A DNA stretch of 64,000 nt from a virus. Shown piece after piece: positions 57,285 through 64,000 of the stretch. Position 1 is the stretch's first letter. Each line of letters starts with the position of its first letter. The notes beneath the pieces were generated by a model. That model had not been told where the DNA came from and did not search any database. It saw nothing but the letters and a program-made list of their open reading frames with translations. The position numbers and the translations under genes were made by a program. The stretch covers positions 32,001-96,000 of IMG/VR virus record IMGVR_UViG_3300045988_176357; one strand, given 5' to 3'.

Positions 57285-57680
57285 ATGCGGTACACAAGAA
57301 CCTAGCTGGCTAACCACTATAACGTCACAAAAGGAAAGCTTCGGCGTATATTGAAAGCGCTGCAGCTTCAGCCTGTGTAGGTTGAACGTACTGCTACAGG
57401 GCGTCCTGTGTTCTATTATGCCGACAGCACTGTGTTGTAGATCGACAAATACCTGGATGCTCTTATGCAGAAGAAACAGCAGTAGCTTGTAAAGTGCTGT
57501 ATATGTAAGCAGAGTGTCAGTAAGAGCAGTATGATCGGCGGCAGATGCCAGATGTGTTATGTGAAGAAGTGCTGTGCACCTATTATGTACGGAAAGTAGT
57601 TCTGGAACAGGAAGGTAAACGCACAGACTGTCAGCACAGCTATTCGTTATCTGCAGTCAATGTTACCTGGCTCCACGTGA
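57285..57680 (+). CDS. Putative DNA-binding protein (HTH-like N-terminus, Cys-rich zinc-finger C-terminus). An overlapping frame-2 ORF, 57545-57823, is an alternative.
   Basis: ATG 57285, frame 0, TGA 57678-57680. Confidence 0.3.
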
Positions 57681-58072
57681 CAGGTTTGAACAGTCTGCGA
57701 AGCTTCCTTCTGGTGGCTTTCTTTTTGGCTTTTCTGTGCATCGAATCCGGTGTGACCTATCTGCCACCTGGAGTAGAATTCATGCCGTACAGTGAATTGA
57801 AAGAGCCGTACTTCTTTATGTAGCGCTTTTCCAGTCTGTCCAGCTGCTTGTTAGGCGCCTATTGGAGTATCTAAACTGAGAGCTGATCCCAGTTACCTGT
57901 AGCTTTGAGACGTTTAAGCTCCCTGACCAGCTTTGTACAGCCTGACCAGGGAGCCTTGTGTCGCTACCAGCGCTTTGAGAACGGCGTAGTGGATATGCCT
58001 ATGTAGTGCTTCTGTCCGCTTGTTATGAGATACACATAACCGTTACCCTTCTTGGGTACGTACTAAAAGTAG

Positions 58073-58492
58073 TCAGGATGCATCACCAAGCAGCTCTTTT
58101 ACACAGCATCTTTTGCTGTGTCTGATTTTGTTCATGTGGTAGTGAGCTGCACCGCATCCTCTGCACACATACAGCTGCTTCTTGTGGAAGTCACTAGATA
58201 CATACAGACTGTCTATGTTGAACAGCAGCTGACGCACTTTGCCTGACACTGATCGCTTGTTCCAGTCAGCAAGGTCGCATGAAGTGTGCCACAAAGCGCA
58301 ATCAGCCGTGTTGCATTTCACTTCAGCGCCTTTTCCGTTCTCATAGACGTGCACTTCAGGAATACTGCCGCAGAAAGGACAAGGCAGAACATGCTTAGGC
58401 AGCTTGGCTGTGCCTATTTCGTACTTGTCTGTACCTGGCACTTTGATGCCGTTCCTGCGGAAGATCTTATCTATGACTGTGTGTTTGTGCAT
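58073..58492 (-). CDS. Lar-family-like (restriction alleviation) zinc-ribbon protein with a second CxxC ribbon.
   Basis: Standard-code ORF on the minus strand with no TAG. LPCPFCGS…C…C resembles the Lar CPFCG motif, followed by YVCRGCGAAHYH. Confidence 0.5.
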   Translation of the reverse strand: MHKHTVIDKIFRRNGIKVPGTDKYEIGTAKLPKHVLPCPFCGSIPEVHVYENGKGAEVKCNTADCALWHTSCDLADWNKRSVSGKVRQLLFNIDSLYVSSDFHKKQLYVCRGCGAAHYHMNKIRHSKRCCVKELLGDAS

Positions 58493-58596
58493 GCTGTTCC
58501 TGTTGGTGTCTCTCCTGTGAAGTATAAAAGGGGCCAGAGTGCTGCAGGAGTTCAGTACTCTTGTCGACTGGCCGGTCTAGGCCCCTTGGAATTAAC

Positions 58597-58924
58597 TGGC
58601 GCTCCCACTGAGATTCGAACTCAAGATCTGGCGGATTTCATTGATAATCGAGGACTTACAACAATCCTGATATCTCTGGACTATATCATCTTCTCCGTTT
58701 CCAGAGAAGGAGCGCTTCGGACTTTCGTCCTACTCCCTTGCGGGATAGTCTCTGAACCCTTTCCGGGCTCCATAGCTTTCGCCTTAGGAGATCCCTTGAT
58801 CGGCTGCTGATTGCCTTCGGCGTTACCCGTTAAGGTGTCCCAGCAATTCACTTTCTTGTTCGACACACCTCGCGGTGTGAAGCTCCAAACAGAGTCCGCT
58901 GTTCTGCCATTAAACTATGGGAGC
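58597..58924 (-). tRNA. Amber-suppressor tRNA, anticodon CUA, split by a group I intron. Exons are 58924-58891 and 58638-58597.
   Basis: The spliced product folds as a cloverleaf. Acceptor GCUCCCA/UGGGAGC, U8, D-arm GUUU-AAUGGCA-GAAC, anticodon stem GCGGA/UCCGC, loop C-U-C-U|A-A-A giving anticodon CUA, T-arm UUGAG-UUCGAAU-CUCAG, discriminator G, encoded CCA. Confidence 0.7.
58639..58890 (-). mobile_element. Group I self-splicing intron (252 nt) inside the suppressor-tRNA anticodon loop.
   Basis: 5' exon ends in U, which pairs as U•G with the internal guide GGAG (a 4-bp P1). The intron ends in G (…CAAUG). P7-type core strands UUCAGAGACUAUC and GAUGAUAUAGUCC are present. Confidence 0.65.
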
Positions 58925-58931
58925 ATAATAT

Positions 58932-59007
58932 TGGTTGCGGGGACAGGATTCGAACCTGCATATCCAAGCTTATGAGGCTTGTCGGCAACCGTTGCCACCA
59001 CCCCGCC
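58932..59007 (-). tRNA. tRNA with anticodon CAU (Met, or Ile2 if lysidine-modified).
   Basis: Reverse-complement sequence read directly: GGCGGGGTGGTGGCAACGGTTGCCGACAAGCCTCATAAGCTTGGATATGCAGGTTCGAATCCTGTCCCCGCAACCA. Anticodon stem CAAGC/GCTTG, loop CTCATAA. T-loop GGTTCGAATCC. Acceptor GCGGGG/CCCCGC with a possible 1•72 mismatch. The D-arm register is slightly irregular. Confidence 0.6.
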
Positions 59008-59405
59008 ATATGTACACCTTAGTGCGCCTTGGTACTCCTTGTTGTTACATGACTAATCTACTGCAGACGTCGAAAAACAAAACAACTAACGCACTCAGCT
59101 CTAGTAAGCAGAAGCATACAAAAGCAATAATAAAAGGACACAACAATGTAGTTAATCACCAGCTTGGTCGCACTGATACTTGCTATATTCGGCGGGTTTG
59201 GGTATATGGTCAGGCAGACCGAGAAAGGATTCAAAAGGCTCTAGACCAGAATCGAAACCTTGTAGAAGAAATTAGATACGACAGTCGATTAGGACACATG
59301 TTAGTAGAGGCGCTGTCATTATGTAACAGCAGTCTCATTCCAAGAGCAGATAAGTTAGCTTACGTTGTCCATACAGCGCCTGACGCAGATATTAGAGAGC
59401 AAAAA

Positions 59406-59831
59406 ATGAAGTACGCGTTGCTTGCTTGTTCTATATTGTTGTTTGGGTTTCTGTTATCTTGTGCGCCCTTTGGCTCTACTGTATAGCCGCAGCCGAAGTA
59501 GCTGACAGTTGTCTAGCAAATAATACAGTAGAACAAAGACAGCATACGCAGCATATCGAATTAGATAAATCAGGACTATTAGATAGGGTATAGAACACAT
59601 AAACTTATCACATAGGTGCAACCTGAATCCGATCTGCACTATAAATAGCTTGGAAAGATTGTTTAGTCGATTGTGAAGTAGGTTTAGCAACAGGCCAACA
59701 AGACAAAGACTCAGCGCAAAGACAGAGCTAGAACTGCAGCTGTAGCAGTGGTAGCTATAGTTTGCCTGTGCGCTATAGGCAGATCTTGCAAAAGGGTAAG
59801 GGCTATATGCAGATCAAATAGAGATTCATAA
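59406..59831 (+). CDS. Putative lipoprotein (signal peptide plus LLSC lipobox), Gln-rich.
   Basis: ATG 59406, frame 0, about 14 TAGs, TAA 59829-59831. Weak RBS. Confidence 0.25.
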
Positions 59832-59928
59832 AGCTAATGGCAAAACTCGGATTCAAGCTGATGTAGAATAAAGCAGTCAGGTTTCAGGTTATCCGAAGTC
59901 TGCTTAAGTATTTATCAAGGATGGAATA

Positions 59929-60837
59929 ATGGCTGATATCTGTATTCCTTAGGTCACAGCAGGTGCTGGTGGTGTTGGTGGAGGACAGGGAGCCGATGGT
60001 CAGGCGTCCCTGATGGCTGACGGACACTATGCCACATCATATGGTGTACCTGTTATAAAGATCACCACAGGAATGACAGCCTAGTACACACTGCAGCTGA
60101 CCAGAGACATGTAGGGAACGATACCTGCATAGCTGTAGGACATGCATATAATTCAGTTCATGTGTCTGGCAGACGGCATGCACGGCAAGGCGCTGTTTCA
60201 AGTACCACTCACATATCTCGGCAACGGACGTGTACAGCTGCACCTCACACCGGCATAGGTCGACTACAGACCTGGGCTGCATTATGCATAGATACATTGC
60301 TATGATGAAAACCAGGCATTACGGCACGTGTTCAAGTGCTGTCTGTAGCTATAGAAATCTTTTGATGGCAGCCACATCGACTGCAGACGACCGATAACCA
60401 TTGCCTAGGTTCGTATGTAGCTGTATGATACGTGCTCAAAACAGAATCAGCTGCTGAATGACCTGTAGTTCTCCGACATCGTTATAGCAAGATGTATCGG
60501 CAGAGCTGTACAGGACTGGAACTAGATGCCTCCGACATTAGCCAACGCTTAGACAGCAGCTTCCTTCCCTTTCCCTGCCAACCTGTGTTCCGGCGCAGCT
60601 GCACATTGTCTGAGAATGGCCATGTACAGATACAACAGGAACGGTATGCGTCACTCCAATGCCGGACTTACATTCGATGACAACGATAAAGGAGCTCTTT
60701 ATGCCAGCCTGGCTGACAAAGCTATGACAGACTGGAAGAGCTGGATAATAGCCAAGAAGAGCTAGCTGAACATGCTGTAGTGCATGGGAAGCATTTCAGA
60801 CGGATTCATGTAGGGTTCGTAGCCTTGGTGGAGGTAA
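59929..60837 (+). CDS. Hypothetical protein.
   Basis: AAGGA RBS and ATG 59929. Frame 1. About 25 TAGs. TAA 60835-60837. Confidence 0.25.
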
Positions 60838-60838
60838 C

Positions 60839-61678
60839 ATGTCCTCTCCGTTCGATTCCATAAAGGTATTTGTGCAGCCGAATGGCACCAGAGTCGTCAG
60901 CTGGCAATTTACACATGGAGTATAGATTCCATAGACCGCTACCATAACTGTTCAGAGAGCACGAGCTGGTGGCTAGTGGTAGACATTGGAAGAGGGGCTT
61001 CCTGTCTCTTACTGCTACTCTGATACTACCGCCTGGAACAGGAACAAATATCAGAATGACTATTACAGGCTGATACTTCAGACACAAGACGGTCAGAGCT
61101 ACACATCAGATCCGCAGCATACAGGTATGACTCTCTCATATCCTTACTATTCATAGGCTGCGAATCTCATAAGACTGAGCTAGTTGTAGATACAGAGAAC
61201 AGGAAGATAGGGGTATCTGCTGAAAAAGATAACCTATGGACCAAAATGTCCTGTATGTCAGCAATTCGGTGACGATCATCCTGTAAACTAGCACTGTCCT
61301 CAGTGCCTTGGTACAGGTAAAAAGGGCGGGTACTATAAAGCGATTCCTTTAGGTGTTCTGTAGCAAGGATAGTCAGCTGACCAGTCTGTAGCCATGTCCG
61401 GGCAGTAGGTATCATAGACATTGACTGTGAAATGCACTGCATGGCCGATAATACAGCACGGAGATGTGTGGACAGATAAATATACAAGTCTCAGATACTA
61501 CATAGATAAGATACAGGTCGCTTCGAAATTTAAACATGTGCCTTTGATATATACATTACAGATGCATTTGATATAGCAGTCGGATATAATGTATACTGAT
61601 AATGCTGATCAGCTTATTCAGGAAGCACATGTTTAGTACAGCAACCCTGACTGGGACAAGGCCTTCGGTTAGTTATGA
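60839..61678 (+). CDS. Hypothetical protein with a CxxC…CxxC zinc ribbon. The 3' end may be over-extended into an AT-rich region.
   Basis: GGAGG RBS and ATG 60839. Frame 2. TGA 61676-61678. Confidence 0.3.
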
Positions 61679-61740
61679 TATTTACAGACTACACATAGAA
61701 AAGCACATTTCAGAACGGTTACGCTCAGCAGTACCGTATC

Positions 61741-62352
61741 ATGAAGTACTTCAAGGATCTGCTCAATAACTGGTTTGCAGATAAGAGAAACATAAAGGAC
61801 TAGCGCCTTGTCAGTCTGCTGTATGATGTTAATGGGAATCTGAATAAGGACTGCTTCAAGACAGGTACTGCATTCAATCCTGACGGCACTTATGCAGGTA
61901 CTACACCTGCTGTTGTTGTCAGTCTTGGCACTGTCACATACCAGAACAGACCTATTAACAGAGCAGGCAATCCCTAGTTCCTCAGGAATCCAATGCAGCC
62001 GCCTGTAAAATAGTGCAGATTCAAGCTCATTCCGATTCAAATTACCGTCATTACATAGAGTTGTGACGGTACTATCTTATTAGCTGAACTCATATAGCTG
62101 TTTCTTGCTATGAACAGTTAGGTTATACAGCAGGACACAAATGCTCTAAGTTTCGTCAACGTGAACTAGATAAGCAGTCCACAAGCTGTACAGCCCGGAT
62201 CAGGAGGCAACGCGAAACAGCTGTATGCATCTACCATATCTGTGTCTACTATGAGTGTACTCACTTGGACAACAGATACACAAGGACCTGTGTTCAATGG
62301 TTACAGCATGCGGAATGCGGAGCTCGGCAATATTAAGGTAACTAACAGCTGA
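61741..62352 (+). CDS. Hypothetical protein.
   Basis: ATG 61741, frame 1, about 9 TAGs, TGA 62350-62352. Confidence 0.35.
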
Positions 62353-62397
62353 TATGCCCAACAACGTGTCAGTATCGAAACAATAAGGATAAATATG

Positions 62398-64000
62398 ATT
62401 ACAGACTATAAGGATCCTAGTGTAACCCTTAATCAGGTTTACAAGGCATCCACTGTCGGTACTACACCGGCGTTGGGAGCCTGTATTATCGGTCCGAATT
62501 ACTTTGTACGTACATATTCCGACCTGAAGGAGTCTCTCAGACTCGACAGTTAGGACAATTACGCAAAGTAGGACTATTCGGTCGTGTATACTCCTGCAGA
62601 CGGACTTTCCTTCAGATACTTCCCTGGAAGAGAGACGAAAGACGGCAGTGTAGACGAAGATTCCGTGAAGGTGCTTGTCAAAAACGCCCAGCTCTAGTAC
62701 CTTCCTGAGTTCGGAGCTTCTGACAGCATCACTACGGATGCAGTGTATGGTACAGATACGATCAGTATCAAACAGGAAGGCATCTACTATGTCTTCAACG
62801 GTGCAGGAAGCGACACATCTGTTCCGGCTGTTCAGGCTGGAGACGCAGTGAAGATCACTGTCGCCGGGGATACTGTTGACTGCTACGTTCAGGGTTTCCT
62901 CAGAGACGACGGAGGCAAGTATACCAAGTGCGTTCTTACCAAGAGTCTTCCACAGGGAGACATCACTGCGGTCAGTTTCAGGCGCGTTGTCGATTGCTAT
63001 GTCAACCAGGCATATGTGACTGTCCGCACCGTCGATGGCGTGCAGCAGGTTTCCATCCAGCCTAATGCAGAGGCGACCGTAGATCTCGGTATCGGTCAGA
63101 CAGAGTATCCTATTCTGACAGGTGCTTTCTATGTCGAATACAGGTGTCGGTCCAATCGCTATGTCGGTACTTATGGCATGGTCGCTGATATCGATGATGT
63201 CCAGGGAATGCTTGGCAAAGTCTGCGCGGACAATCCGCTAGGTGTTGCTGTTGCGTGCGCTGTGACTGAATCCGATGGCGCATTCGTGTACTTCACAGCC
63301 ACTGCATAGGAAGACCTCAACAACAGCGCTGTTAAGGTGTACAACGATGCGGCGGATCTCATTGCCGACACTGACGGCATTTACGGCATTGTTCCGTGTA
63401 CTGCCGATGCAGAAGTTACGAAAAACCTGTTCAACTTCGTGACCAACCAGTCCGGTGAGTAGGTTCCGTATCCCAAGTATCTGTATGGCAGCTGCGACAT
63501 TCCGACTGAAGAGAAGCTGAATGGTACGTATCTCACTGTGACAGATTCTTCTGCTTCCGGCAACACAACTACGGTAACGTTCAGCAGCTCTCCGCTGCTT
63601 GCTATGTCTACGGTTGTTAAAGGCGATGTGCTTCGCATAGGCGATAAGAGCTACACCATCACTGGTTCCAACCACAAGGACAAGGTGTATGTTGCAGGCG
63701 ATCAGACAGCAAATATTGCTTCAGGCGCCGTTGCAGACATTTATCACACGCTGACTGACAACGCTCAGATTGTGGCAAGTATCATTGCGGCTAAACCGGT
63801 TGCCGACAGACGAGCATCCATTGTGTTCGCGGACGGCCCGATGTACAACGGATAGCCGGTTCACAATTACTGTGTTGCAGCTGCTCTTGCTGGAATGCGT
63901 TCCGGAACTTATCCGCATGCTCCCCTCAGCAATGTTACCGTCACCGCTGTCACGACTTCATAGGAGCATGGGTTTACAGCCAGTCAGCTCAAGCAGCTCG
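62398..64000 (+). CDS. Large structural protein, tail sheath or tail-tube-like candidate, 3' partial.
   Basis: AAGGA RBS and ATG 62398. Frame 1 links track ORFs 62743-63309 and 63538-63855 through TAGs. Runs off the window end. Confidence 0.45.

Noticed and set aside
57901-57960. Hairpin and direct repeat (gctccctgaccag…cctgaccagggagc).
   Set aside because: A single imperfect 8-bp stem with a 21-nt loop in an intergenic region. No array-like repetition. Insufficient to call a regulatory element or CRISPR.
58935-59486. 183-aa + strand ORF starting over the tRNA(CAU) gene.
   Set aside because: Its N-terminal third is simply the antisense of the tRNA. Only the 3' part, from ATG 59406, is retained, as a low-confidence lipoprotein.
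1-64000. CRISPR arrays, rRNA, transposases or IS elements.
   Set aside because: No regularly spaced direct repeats, no rRNA-like segments, and no DDE or serine/tyrosine recombinase-like translations were seen in any frame.

Overview
This window reads as part of a large, phage-like genome of about 50% GC, with almost all genes on the + strand. The amber codon TAG is used as a sense codon, and only TGA and TAA terminate genes. The supplied standard-code ORF track therefore fragments nearly every gene. Stitching same-frame fragments across TAG, I recover long, protein-like genes. These are: a glycosyltransferase and a peptidase-like gene (1-1.7 kb); a tail-fibre module with two collagen-like paralogous fibres (3.9-17 kb); a minus-strand patatin-like phospholipase (17.3-18.1 kb); large virion or internal proteins (19-25 kb); a multisubunit RNA polymerase encoded in three pieces carrying five inteins; an ATP-dependent DNA ligase; a head-morphogenesis block (probable portal, scaffold, a protein with a sixth intein, decoration-like protein, major capsid protein) with strong terminators; and at 58-59 kb a small minus-strand island. 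That island holds a Lar-like zinc-ribbon gene, a tRNA(CAU), and an amber-suppressor tRNA(CUA) whose gene is interrupted by a 252-nt group I intron in the anticodon loop. No CRISPR array or rRNA is present. All coordinates were derived by hand translation; gene starts in particular are approximate.
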